Both the position numbers and the translations under genes were made by a program. A stretch of 58,201 nt of DNA from an uncultured Candidatus Saccharibacteria bacterium (GTDB lineage: Bacteria; Patescibacteriota; Minisyncoccia; Phycocordibacterales; DATGWK01): NCBI GenBank assembly GCA_964492195.1, contig CAZBJL010000005.1:1-58201 (forward strand), given 5' to 3'. How positions within the stretch are numbered: position 1 is the first letter of the stretch; every line of letters starts with the position of its first letter. A model generated the notes under the pieces. The model did not search any database. It was not told the DNA's origin and saw only the letters and a program-made list of their open reading frames with translations. Below, in pieces: positions 9,166 to 18,313 of this stretch.

Positions 9166-9616
9166 GGTGAATTGGATATGTGGTAGTGGCAAAGTTTAAA
9201 CCATTTATAACCGCAGTGAATGTAAGCACATTCACACCTGGTAAGTTTGAGCGATAAAAAAGGAGTGACGAAGTCAGCACTGAATCCAAATGAAGTGGTT
9301 CTAATTCTTCATTATTTTTCTGAATTGAAATCAGTCCATGGTGATTTGAAATTTGATATCTTTCTCCGCCATGCGCCGTAACCGAAAGATTTTCAGTGAA
9401 TTGCCCCGGACGAGGTTCTTGGATCGAATCTGCTTCAGAAAGTATGTGTTGAATTTTTCCTTCAAGAAATAAAAATTCTTGTGTTGCATCAGCAATTGTT
9501 TTTTGTTTTGATTGCCATGTCTGGAGATTAATAAGAACCGGGATTGCAACAACAATAAAAATAGAAAACAGCGCAATGTACAAAATTACTTCTATAAGTG
9601 TGAGACCTTTATTCAT
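9158..9616 (-). CDS. Prepilin-type N-terminal cleavage/methylation domain protein (pseudopilin)
   Basis: MNKG/LTLIEVILYIALF matches the G-[FL]TLIE prepilin motif. The ORF can extend to 9637. Confidence 0.75.
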   Translation of the reverse strand: MNKGLTLIEVILYIALFSIFIVVAIPVLINLQTWQSKQKTIADATQEFLFLEGKIQHILSEADSIQEPRPGQFTENLSVTAHGGERYQISNHHGLISIQKNNEELEPLHLDSVLTSSLLFYRSNLPGVNVLTFTAVINGLNFATTTYPIHHE

Positions 9617-10985
9617 GTTCTGTTTGGGTGAATACATACGCTGAATTCCCTGCCGTCACAGCAAAGGCTTCATTTTCATAATCAATCCCTGTTGCTGGAG
9701 CTGGTAGATCTTTACTCCATACTGGAACAAGTTCATTTTCTTGATTCAGTTCAAAAACCTGCAATTCCTTTTGGATATTGCTTGTGGCTGTGAAAACAAA
9801 ACCTCCCGCATACGTAAGGGCGTATATGTCTGCACCTGTCGGAGCAGAAGTAATTTCATTAATTTGAATGGAATTGCCTGTGGGATCAGTCTGATACTCG
9901 AGCACGGAGAGTTCATTGTGCCCCGGCACAGTGCCTTTATAGCGACCGAGAAATATCGTATTTCCCATAACTTGAATTGACCGACCATCTTCATTTCCTG
10001 GAAGATCGATTGCTGCCAGCTGAAGAATGTGTGTCGGATCCCTGATATCAAGTACGATGAGATCCCGAATATTTCCCGACGTGGCAAGAAATGCGAATCC
10101 ATCCTTAACAGAAATATCATTTATATTATGGTTAACTTCACGACTTCCAAGCCACCGAGGTGAGGCCGGGTCTGAAACATCGTAGATATGGAATTCATGT
10201 CCAGCGGTGCGTTTTGTACCAACATATATTTTGGAATCAAAATAAGAAATACTAATTGCCTCCGGCCGTACTCCTGCAACATTAGGAAGTGTCGATGTTG
10301 CAAGAAAATGAGGGGATGAATCAAGTGCAACAACCTGACTTGTACTACTATGCTGGGCTACAAAAGCATACTGTGTGGCTGCATCAATTTTATTCGCACC
10401 AATGCCAAAATCTAGAAAAGCTACATCGTGAGGATTTAATAAAGAAAAAGCAGCAACGTCAGCATCAGATTCTGATAGCGAACGAAGAGAGACAAATGCT
10501 CGACCGTTTGCAATATCTACTGAAGATGCAGGAAAACCGAGATCAACTGTATCAGTGAGTTGGAAACCTGATACTGAAAAATGTTTTGGTTGCCCACCAC
10601 AGTCATCACCGTACCGATGAGCCACATCCAGATCACTTGAAATAAACGAAACGTGCATCGTTGATGTACTCCGCCAGCCCGTTCGCCAGGAGGATTTTAC
10701 GTCCTTAACATCTTCACATCGAGTGAAGGGTTTTGTGACAACATCATTTTGAATTCCCCACATGTCCTGCACACTTTCTTCGGGATTTTGATTGTTTAAA
10801 ATATTCAGCAATTTACTCGAGGAAAGATGGAGCGCAGTGATACTTCTCACATTATGGATAAACAAATCTCCTATCTGCCACTGGGTATCGAACACAGCAG
10901 CAAAAATTATAGAAAACAAAGTGAGCGCGAGGATCACTTCAACCAAACTCACACCACGAGAATGTTTAGAGTATTGCGCCGGCAT
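9609..10985 (-). CDS. Pseudopilin fused to an LVIVD-repeat beta-propeller domain
   Basis: N-terminus SRG/VSLVEVILALTLF is prepilin-type. The C-terminal ~330 aa carries repeated units resembling LVIVD repeats, e.g. DLIVLDIRDP, FHIYDVSDP, LQVFEL. Confidence 0.75.
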   Translation of the reverse strand: MPAQYSKHSRGVSLVEVILALTLFSIIFAAVFDTQWQIGDLFIHNVRSITALHLSSSKLLNILNNQNPEESVQDMWGIQNDVVTKPFTRCEDVKDVKSSWRTGWRSTSTMHVSFISSDLDVAHRYGDDCGGQPKHFSVSGFQLTDTVDLGFPASSVDIANGRAFVSLRSLSESDADVAAFSLLNPHDVAFLDFGIGANKIDAATQYAFVAQHSSTSQVVALDSSPHFLATSTLPNVAGVRPEAISISYFDSKIYVGTKRTAGHEFHIYDVSDPASPRWLGSREVNHNINDISVKDGFAFLATSGNIRDLIVLDIRDPTHILQLAAIDLPGNEDGRSIQVMGNTIFLGRYKGTVPGHNELSVLEYQTDPTGNSIQINEITSAPTGADIYALTYAGGFVFTATSNIQKELQVFELNQENELVPVWSKDLPAPATGIDYENEAFAVTAGNSAYVFTQTEHE

Positions 10986-11412
10986 TGTGTATCGTTATTA
11001 CTTCACTACAAGTTGAACTACTTGTTCCGATGTGAATCTCAATTTCATGTTCATTTCCAACAAGTGAACCACTCCCTTCCTGAAAAATTATTTCATCTGT
11101 GGCTGATACTGGGAGTGGCGCTTGATGATTTATTTCATCACGCAAAATTGAATGATTACGTTCTTCTGAATACATCTGGTAACCCTCATCATTTATTTGA
11201 ACTGAAACATTCCCATTTCCGGAGAACTGGGACAAAAATTGCGCCCGCTCGAGTGCAAGCTTCGCGGTTTTTACTTCTTGAGCACAGGCGTATGTAGAAA
11301 GTGCCGGCACCGTGTATGCAACAGACGCAACTGCAATAAGCCCCGCCAACGCCAACACGAGCACAATCTCAATGAGCGTAAACCCTTTTTGTTGAGTTCT
11401 GTCTTTACACAT
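10966..11412 (-). CDS. Prepilin-type pilin/pseudopilin
   Basis: MCKDRTQQKG/FTLIEIVLVLALAGLIA is a canonical class III signal. The ATG overlaps the pilC stop (ATGTGTAA). Confidence 0.8.
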   Translation of the reverse strand: MCKDRTQQKGFTLIEIVLVLALAGLIAVASVAYTVPALSTYACAQEVKTAKLALERAQFLSQFSGNGNVSVQINDEGYQMYSEERNHSILRDEINHQAPLPVSATDEIIFQEGSGSLVGNEHEIEIHIGTSSSTCSEVITIHNAGAIL

Positions 11413-12481
11413 TTTGAAAATGCGAAGTGATACCGTATATCGGCAAGATAATCGATAGGGCGATAAAACCAATTACGAAACTCATTGAAACCATAAGGAT
11501 AGGCTCAAGGGCGGCGGTAAGAATTCGAATCTTGTCATCAAGTTCGGTTCTCAATATGTCTGAAACACTCTTCATTGAGTTCTCCATATTCCCAGTTTTT
11601 TCACCAACAGAGACGATGCCCGAAATATAGAGTGGAAATTTTTTCTTTTCTTCTCGAAAAAATACTGACAATGACTTCCCTTCGCTCACAAGCTCTGAGG
11701 CCTTTTCGAGCAACACTGCGTATTCGATAAATTTCAGAGTAATCGCAATATTTTTGAGCACCTCCGAAAGCTGTTCTTGTCCACGAAGAAGTACATATGT
11801 TGAATCAAAAATTGAATACAAAATCCGAGTTCGAAATATGTGACCGATAATTGGAATTCGCAACACAGCAGCGCGAAAAAAGTTTTGTGCTCGCGGAGAA
11901 AAACGCCACAGAAGTATCACAGAAAGAATGACCCCAACTATTACGAGGAGGAACATCCACCATTGTTTTGAAAGTGTTTCACTTACCCATATGAGTATCC
12001 TCGTTGAAAGAGGAAGAGTAACTTTAAGGGTTTTAAACAGCGGTACAATTTTAGGAAATACAAACAACAAAAGTCCAACTACAAGGCAAAGCGTACCGAT
12101 GAGTATTGCGAACGGATACGCGACTGCTCCAATAATTTTCTTTTTCATAATCAAAAGCTTTTCCACTTGTTCGTGGGCACTTTTGAATGAGTCTGAAAGA
12201 GAGCCACTTCTCTCACCAAGCCGGGCAGCATTCGTACTTATACCACTTACTTTCATCCCTTCGCCTCGTTCAAACACATGACTTACACTTTTGCCAGCTT
12301 CCACAGAATCTTTCCACAGCAAAAAAGTTTCTTTTTTACGCTTTGATTCGGTTTGTTCTGCGAGCATTGCGAGCGCCTCGCTCAAAGAAATATGAGCGGA
12401 CAAATACATCGAGAGTGTATTGAGAATGGCGGCCTCATCCTTAAGCGAAAATTTTGATTTGAATATATTCATATATGACAT
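11405..12481 (-). CDS. pilC: Type II secretion/type IV pilus platform protein (GspF/PilC family)
   Basis: Duplicated T2SSF domain architecture with three TM segments. It follows the GspE ATPase. Confidence 0.85.
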   Translation of the reverse strand: MSYMNIFKSKFSLKDEAAILNTLSMYLSAHISLSEALAMLAEQTESKRKKETFLLWKDSVEAGKSVSHVFERGEGMKVSGISTNAARLGERSGSLSDSFKSAHEQVEKLLIMKKKIIGAVAYPFAILIGTLCLVVGLLLFVFPKIVPLFKTLKVTLPLSTRILIWVSETLSKQWWMFLLVIVGVILSVILLWRFSPRAQNFFRAAVLRIPIIGHIFRTRILYSIFDSTYVLLRGQEQLSEVLKNIAITLKFIEYAVLLEKASELVSEGKSLSVFFREEKKKFPLYISGIVSVGEKTGNMENSMKSVSDILRTELDDKIRILTAALEPILMVSMSFVIGFIALSIILPIYGITSHFQNV

Positions 12482-13674
12482 GCTGAAGCGACCTCATCGA
12501 GAGTCGTGAGACCTTGTAACACTTTTTCAATTGCATCTTCCATAAGAACTGTCATTCCACCTTCCACTGCCGCTTTACGAATATCTTCTGATTGCGCTTT
12601 TTGCATAATTAGATCTCGAACCTTTTCGTTGAGAATCAAAACTTCAGAAATTACTGTTCGACCGGAATAGCCCGTATTCCTACATTGCAAACATCCTTTT
12701 CCCCGAAAGAGAGATTGATCCTTCGTAAGCAGTGCGGTGTTTGCTTTTTTAAAAAAATCCATTTCACTGGCCGTTGGTTTTACTTCCACTTTGCATTTCA
12801 TACAAATTTTTCGAACCAATCGTTGACTTATGATTGCCCGCACAGTTGAAGCAATGAGAAACGGCTCAACACCCATATCAATAAGCCTCGGAAGTGCCGT
12901 AACTGCATCATTTGTGTGAAGCGTTGAGAGAAGTAAATGCCCAGTCAGCGCAGCTTGTGTTGAAAGTTCAGCTGTCACAGAATCACGAATTTCCCCTACC
13001 ATGATCACATCGGGGTCTTGCCGCACCACTGCCCGCAAAGCTGTTACAAACGTCAGATTGTTACCAAGGTGAATTGGAATTTGAGTTATACCAGGCACAG
13101 AATATTCGATTGGATCTTCAAGAGTTACCACCGAGACTTCGGGTTGAGCAATAGTACCCAAAAGCGCATACAAGGTCGTAGTTTTACCAGAGCCTGTCGG
13201 CCCAACGACGAGAATCATCCCATGGGCGACACCGAGCACATCAGTAATCTTTTTTGTGTCTGATTGATTAAAACCGAGAGCTTCAAACGTGTTGGACCGA
13301 GTTGTCTGGGGCAATAAGCGCAGCACACATTTTTCTCCATAAAAAGATGGCACGATAGATAAACGAACGTTGATCCCTGTTCCAGAAATATTCACCTTAA
13401 ATCTCCCATCCTGCGGTGACATTCGAACGTCAGTCCGAAGCATTGAAAGAACCTTAAGCCGAGCAACAGCTTCTTCATGAATTTCTTTTTTATATCGACC
13501 AAGATGCACAAGCGCTCCATCAATTCGAATCCGAACTCGGCATTCGTGTTCTGCTGGCTCAATATGAATATCGGAAGATTTTTCTTGAAAGGCACGCGAA
13601 ATCACCTCATCAATCAATTTGACTGGTGAATATGAAATCATTTCTTCTCGGATGGTTTTTGTTGCAGATGTCAC
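12469..13674 (-). CDS. pilB: Type II/IV secretion ATPase (GspE/PilB family)
   Basis: Walker A GPTGSGKTT, Asp/His boxes, and tetracysteine CMKC...CLQC. The start is uncertain (GTG 13674 or ATG 13641). Confidence 0.9.
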   Translation of the reverse strand: MTSATKTIREEMISYSPVKLIDEVISRAFQEKSSDIHIEPAEHECRVRIRIDGALVHLGRYKKEIHEEAVARLKVLSMLRTDVRMSPQDGRFKVNISGTGINVRLSIVPSFYGEKCVLRLLPQTTRSNTFEALGFNQSDTKKITDVLGVAHGMILVVGPTGSGKTTTLYALLGTIAQPEVSVVTLEDPIEYSVPGITQIPIHLGNNLTFVTALRAVVRQDPDVIMVGEIRDSVTAELSTQAALTGHLLLSTLHTNDAVTALPRLIDMGVEPFLIASTVRAIISQRLVRKICMKCKVEVKPTASEMDFFKKANTALLTKDQSLFRGKGCLQCRNTGYSGRTVISEVLILNEKVRDLIMQKAQSEDIRKAAVEGGMTVLMEDAIEKVLQGLTTLDEVASACHI

Positions 13675-13729
13675 TCCGAAGAAGTGTATTCGCGCTTGCT
13701 TAAATTTAGATTAAGGAATAATAAAGCAT

Positions 13730-13758
13730 TTGACTTCCCCAATTTCCCGTGTTAAATT
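13730..13758 (+). promoter_or_regulatory. Sigma70-type promoter
   Basis: TTGACT-17-TAAATT. Confidence 0.55.
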
Positions 13759-13801
13759 CTGCGGAGAACATCCGCTCACACCTCACATCTGGGAGACCCG
13801 T

Positions 13802-14023
13802 ATGCGCCTTTTCTTCTTTATTGTCGGGACACTTTTCATGGCGGCGGCAATCATGTACGCCTTCCTTGGACCACGATTTGCTCCGGTCGGCTGGCTCAAC
13901 GAAACGGACCAGCAGGTCACAAGCAACGGTTTTTTCACCTTTACGTTTCTTGCCGTCATCTTGATCAGCGGATTCCTCGTCGTCTGTGCCGCGCTCTCAA
14001 TTCCCAAAAAGCCAAGACTCTGA
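13802..14023 (+). CDS. 73-aa two-TM membrane protein (orphan)
   Basis: MRLFFFIVGTLFMAAAIMYAF... GGGAGA lies upstream. It has its own promoter and terminator. Confidence 0.5.
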   Translation: MRLFFFIVGTLFMAAAIMYAFLGPRFAPVGWLNETDQQVTSNGFFTFTFLAVILISGFLVVCAALSIPKKPRL

Positions 14024-14030
14024 TCCCTAA

Positions 14031-14052
14031 CCCCTCCATGTGAGGGGTTTTT
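14031..14052 (+). terminator. Intrinsic terminator
   Basis: CCCCTC-catgt-GAGGGG followed by T5. Confidence 0.8.
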
Positions 14053-14059
14053 CTTTGTA

Positions 14060-14647
14060 TTAGGTAGTTGCTTCTCCGTAGCTATTCATCACAATTCCTG
14101 CCGCTACAGCGACATTGAGCGACCTCACACTGCCTCTTTGAGCAATTTCCACTACTGCAGTGCATTTGTCGAGAATTTCTTTTGGTATTCCCCCACTTTC
14201 CTGACCAAAAATCATAAGAGTTTTTTTATTCTTGTCCCAGGTGTAATCCTTGAGCGCTACAGCACCTGCGGTATTTTCAACGGCAACAATTACTTCATAT
14301 TCTTTAAAAAGCGCGTCGAGGTCCTCTGTAAATTTTAAATGTCTGAAGTGAGAATAAAATTCTGCCCCCACACTTGCTCGGCGATCAAACTTTTTGTGAC
14401 CATAGAAAATAATTTCACTCGCTCCAAACGCATTCGCTGAACGGACAATGTTACCCGCATTATTATCAAAAAGAATATTCAAAATAAGCACACCGAAGTT
14501 AAGTTTCTTTTCTTCGAGGTATTTTTTGGTTTCTTCGTCTGTAAGCCACTTCAAATAATCCGCGACGTTTCGTGGCTTTGTAGGGTCATATGCGAGGCTA
14601 TTGAATTCAAAGTGACCTCGTTTCTTTTCATTACTTTGTTCAGACAT
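14060..14647 (-). CDS. SpoU/TrmH-family RNA 2'-O-methyltransferase
   Basis: SPOUT motifs NAGNIVRSANAFG and IFGQESGGIP...LNVAVAAGI. The ATG overlaps the upstream stop (ATGTCTGA). Confidence 0.85.
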   Translation of the reverse strand: MSEQSNEKKRGHFEFNSLAYDPTKPRNVADYLKWLTDEETKKYLEEKKLNFGVLILNILFDNNAGNIVRSANAFGASEIIFYGHKKFDRRASVGAEFYSHFRHLKFTEDLDALFKEYEVIVAVENTAGAVALKDYTWDKNKKTLMIFGQESGGIPKEILDKCTAVVEIAQRGSVRSLNVAVAAGIVMNSYGEATT

Positions 14648-15194
14648 GGGCGTGAGGTTGTGTAGGAATTCCTTGGCTGTTGTGCATTTCAAAAATAAGC
14701 TTACGCACATCGTCGGGCCGTGCGGCATTTCTCATTACAAAATCTTTATTGTCTTCAGAAGCAGTTTGTACACGCAAGTCACCGTACTTCAAAAAAGTCG
14801 CCACGATTCCGCGTACTTCTACAGTAATATCCTGGATTTTATCGAACCGTAAATTTGAAATTTCTCGATGGAAAATCCATTTTTGATTAATATCGATAAT
14901 TCGTTTGTCTGTTATATACCACACATCGAGATAGTAATTCGTCCAGTTTATAAAAAACATTACCCACAAAAATAATGCCCAGATCGCGTACACAAAAAGA
15001 GTGACGTAGAAATAATCTGAAATATGTTGAGCTGCTTCGATGGGCGCGAGAGTAATTCCAACAGCGTAGAGTGCAGGTGGAACAATGAGCAAAATAACAC
15101 TGATGACAATTTGCGGAAAAAATACGATCCAGTGTTTTCTCACTGTTCGGAGGATTTTTTCATCTGGCGCTAAATCAAGTCGAGTAAAAAGCAT
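14640..15194 (-). CDS. Membrane protein with a bacterial PH (YdbS/YdbT-like) domain
   Basis: Two TM segments followed by WYITDKRIIDINQ...GDLRVQTA, typical of bPH_2. Confidence 0.65.
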   Translation of the reverse strand: MLFTRLDLAPDEKILRTVRKHWIVFFPQIVISVILLIVPPALYAVGITLAPIEAAQHISDYFYVTLFVYAIWALFLWVMFFINWTNYYLDVWYITDKRIIDINQKWIFHREISNLRFDKIQDITVEVRGIVATFLKYGDLRVQTASEDNKDFVMRNAARPDDVRKLIFEMHNSQGIPTQPHAHV

Positions 15195-15433
15195 TAGAGT
15201 AAAAGTAAAGCTACAAACGCAACAATAAAAATTGCTGCGGATCCAATAAAATACACGATTTCTGCGAATGAGGTAAGGCGGCTTTTCATCCCATACTGAC
15301 GCCAGTGATACATGAGAATCAAGGTCATTATGAAATAGAGGAGGAACACAACACCAAACACAGGCCAGGTAATGGTCCGAATTGTGTGCATATTAAAATG
15401 AAAATTGGTCTGTAAAGACGAGAAAAAAGTCAT
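15194..15433 (-). CDS. 79-aa two-TM membrane protein
   Basis: Hydrophobic ORF, translationally coupled (TAATG) to the PH-domain gene. Confidence 0.55.
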   Translation of the reverse strand: MTFFSSLQTNFHFNMHTIRTITWPVFGVVFLLYFIMTLILMYHWRQYGMKSRLTSFAEIVYFIGSAAIFIVAFVALLLL

Positions 15434-15481
15434 TGTGTATACCCATTATAGTACCAGGATTACGCCATCCGCAATGCCATC

Positions 15482-15510
15482 TTGTGATACGATCATTTCT
15501 CCGTTAAAAT
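15482..15510 (+). promoter_or_regulatory. hisS promoter, -10 box 7 nt from the ATG (leaderless configuration)
   Basis: TTGTGA-17-TAAAAT, then caccatt, then ATG. No SD. Confidence 0.55.
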
Positions 15511-15517
15511 CACCATT

Positions 15518-16831
15518 ATGGTAAAAAAAGCAGCTGCAAAAGAAATTGTAACGACTCCCTACAAAGGAGTCCGTGATTTTTATCCCGAAGACATGTACTT
15601 CGAAAAGTATATGTTTGCCGCAATGCGACACACCGCCGAAAATTTTGGCTATGTTGAATACGGCGCATCTATCCTTGAACCAGCTGAACTCTATCAAGCG
15701 AAAACTGGCGAAGAAATTGTAAACGAGCAAACCTACACCTTTACAGATCGCGGCGGCCGAGAGGTTACCCTTCGCCCAGAAATGACTCCAACCGTTGCCC
15801 GTATGATTGCCGCAAAACGCCGTGAACTTTCTTTCCCTCTTCGTTGGTATTCAATTCCAAACCTTTTCCGATACGAACAACCACAACGAGGCCGTCTCCG
15901 AGAACATTTCCAGCTCAACCTCGACATGTTCGGTGTTGAAAGCGAACGTGCAGATATTGAAATTGTTTCTATTGCGTACCAACTTTTAAAAAATCTTGGT
16001 GCAGAAGATTCAGATTTTGAAATCAGAATTAGCGATAGAAACCTCTTGAATTATTTCTGGGATCTCATTGCACTTCCCGCTTCAAAGCGCCGAAAGATTG
16101 AAAAAATCATCGACAAAAAAGCAAAAATGTCTGATGAGGACTTCAAAAAAGCTATCGAAACCGAAGCTGGAAAACGCGCACCGAAAATCATTCAAGCGCT
16201 TGATTCTGGTCATGCATTCATGGAAGCAATTGGAAAAGAAAATCCAGAAATCGCCAAAAGATTAATCAACGTTGTTGACGGCCTTTCAAAACTTGGCGTT
16301 ACGAACGTCATTTTTACTCCTACGCTCGTGCGAGGTTTCGACTATTACACTGGCTTTATTTTTGAAATTTTTGACAAAGATGCAACAAACTCTCGCTCCC
16401 TTTTTGGTGGCGGCCGATACGACAATCTCCTCAAGATTTTCGGAGCAGAACCAGTTCCTGCAGTTGGCTTTGGTGTAGGCGACGTTACACTTATGGATTT
16501 CCTCACGACACACAAACTGCTCCCCGACTATCGTTCAAGTACACTTCTCTGTTTGGCAATCCTTGATGATGAATTTGAATTTGCCGACATTGTTGCTGAA
16601 AAAATCAGAGACAGCGGAGTTTCTGTTGCGATCGATTACACCGACAAAAGCATTGGCGACAAGATCAAAAAAACTTCTGCTGACAAAATCCCCTTCTTTG
16701 CAGTCATCGGTGGAACAGAAGTAAAAAGTCGCACGCTTAAAATCAAAAAACTCGACGACCGCACCGAGATGACGTTTCCAATCAACGAAGCAGGCCTTCA
16801 CGCTCTTACAGATTATTTATTTAAAATGTAA
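15518..16831 (+). CDS. hisS: Histidine--tRNA ligase
   Basis: Class II motifs, HisRS-specific RGGREVTLRPEMTP and FGGGRYDNL, and a C-terminal anticodon-binding domain. Confidence 0.95.
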   Translation: MVKKAAAKEIVTTPYKGVRDFYPEDMYFEKYMFAAMRHTAENFGYVEYGASILEPAELYQAKTGEEIVNEQTYTFTDRGGREVTLRPEMTPTVARMIAAKRRELSFPLRWYSIPNLFRYEQPQRGRLREHFQLNLDMFGVESERADIEIVSIAYQLLKNLGAEDSDFEIRISDRNLLNYFWDLIALPASKRRKIEKIIDKKAKMSDEDFKKAIETEAGKRAPKIIQALDSGHAFMEAIGKENPEIAKRLINVVDGLSKLGVTNVIFTPTLVRGFDYYTGFIFEIFDKDATNSRSLFGGGRYDNLLKIFGAEPVPAVGFGVGDVTLMDFLTTHKLLPDYRSSTLLCLAILDDEFEFADIVAEKIRDSGVSVAIDYTDKSIGDKIKKTSADKIPFFAVIGGTEVKSRTLKIKKLDDRTEMTFPINEAGLHALTDYLFKM

Positions 16832-17415
16832 TGAGTATGAAAAAAGTTGTTTTCGACATCGAAACAAGTAACCTTTTTGCCGACGTTGGCAAAGCTGACC
16901 CCGCACTTCTCGATATTTCTGTTGTAGGAATTTATGAATATGAAAAGGATTTGTACCAATGCTTCGAGCAAAGTGAATTCAAAAAGCTCTGGCCAATTCT
17001 TGAGAGCGCGGATTTACTCATCGGTTTCAATTCCGAACATTTTGACTTGCCACTCCTCAACAAATATTACTCCGGTGATTTGTACAAAATTCATCACCTA
17101 GATATTTTAAAAGAAATCCGTCAAAGCTACGGCCGAAGAATGAAGCTCGACCAAATCGCCGAAGGCACGCTCGGACTCAACAAGTCTGGCCAAGGAATCC
17201 AAGCAACCGTCTGGTGGAAAAATGGTGAGAAAGAAAAAGTGAAAAAATATTGCCTCGACGACGTGCGAATCACAAAAGACGTTTTTGAATACGCGATCAA
17301 AAATAATGGCCTTAAGTTTAAAGAAGACGGAAAAGTTATTGATATTCCACTCAAATCTGCGGATTGGGCAAAACCAAAAGAAGCGAGCGCGATGACCTTT
17401 TCAATGCCTTTTTAG
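16831..17415 (+). CDS. RNase H-like/DEDD 3'-5' exonuclease domain protein (YprB-like)
   Basis: VVFDIETSN, GFNSEHFDLPLL and YCLDDVRIT acidic motifs. Confidence 0.7.
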   Translation: MSMKKVVFDIETSNLFADVGKADPALLDISVVGIYEYEKDLYQCFEQSEFKKLWPILESADLLIGFNSEHFDLPLLNKYYSGDLYKIHHLDILKEIRQSYGRRMKLDQIAEGTLGLNKSGQGIQATVWWKNGEKEKVKKYCLDDVRITKDVFEYAIKNNGLKFKEDGKVIDIPLKSADWAKPKEASAMTFSMPF

Positions 17416-17487
17416 TTTGTGGTGTGCGTATGATAGAATGTGCGAATTGTACTTTAATCAATAGACTCACAGTCTGTAATAAAATCC

Positions 17488-18291
17488 ATGGAAAATAAAT
17501 CATCACTTTCAATCCCAATTGCAATCGTTGTCGCAGGACTCATTATTGGTGGAGCAGTTTACGTTTCAAACCGTAACAGCAAAAACACCGTTGCAACTCC
17601 TGCCCAAACGGAAAACCAAACGACAAAAGTAACATCCGAAGACATCGCAATTGAACCTGTATCTTCACAGGATTACGTTCGGGGCAATCCAAATGCAAAA
17701 GTAGTCCTTGTTGAATTTTCTGATACCGAATGCCCATTCTGCAAAGCGTTCCACGGAACCCTCAAAAATCTCGTCGACAAACACGCTCTCTCTGGAACTC
17801 TTGCGTGGGCATACCGAAACTTCCCCATCAAAGAACTTCATTCAAAGGCTCCCAAAGAGGCCGAAGCACTTCTCTGTGCCGGTAAACTTGGCGGTAATGA
17901 CGCGTTCTGGAATTACACCGACGCCGTGTACGCAAAAACATCTTCAAATAATTCTCTCGATGCTGCCCAACTTCCAGTTATCGCCAAAGACGTTGGTCTT
18001 GATGTAAAAGCGTTCAACACCTGCCTTTCAAGCGGCGAAATGACTGCACGAGTAAATGCGAGCGTTCAGGATGCGAAAAAAAGCGGTGGCAACGGCACTC
18101 CGTACAGCGTTCTCATGACGAGCAAATCTTTTGACAAAGCAAAGGTAGAAAAATTCTTCACAGACAACATACTCAAATACGGTTTTCCAAGCAATCTTTT
18201 CACAATCTCAAATGACAATAAAAAAGTTGCTGTGAGCGGTGCAATGCCTCCAGAATTTATGGATAGTTTGATCGTACTACTTTCAAAATAG
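17488..18291 (+). CDS. DsbA-family thiol:disulfide oxidoreductase, membrane anchored
   Basis: N-terminal TM segment. CPFC active site in a thioredoxin fold. Confidence 0.85.
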   Translation: MENKSSLSIPIAIVVAGLIIGGAVYVSNRNSKNTVATPAQTENQTTKVTSEDIAIEPVSSQDYVRGNPNAKVVLVEFSDTECPFCKAFHGTLKNLVDKHALSGTLAWAYRNFPIKELHSKAPKEAEALLCAGKLGGNDAFWNYTDAVYAKTSSNNSLDAAQLPVIAKDVGLDVKAFNTCLSSGEMTARVNASVQDAKKSGGNGTPYSVLMTSKSFDKAKVEKFFTDNILKYGFPSNLFTISNDNKKVAVSGAMPPEFMDSLIVLLSK

Positions 18292-18313
18292 CTGGTTTGC
18301 AATACCCAAACCC

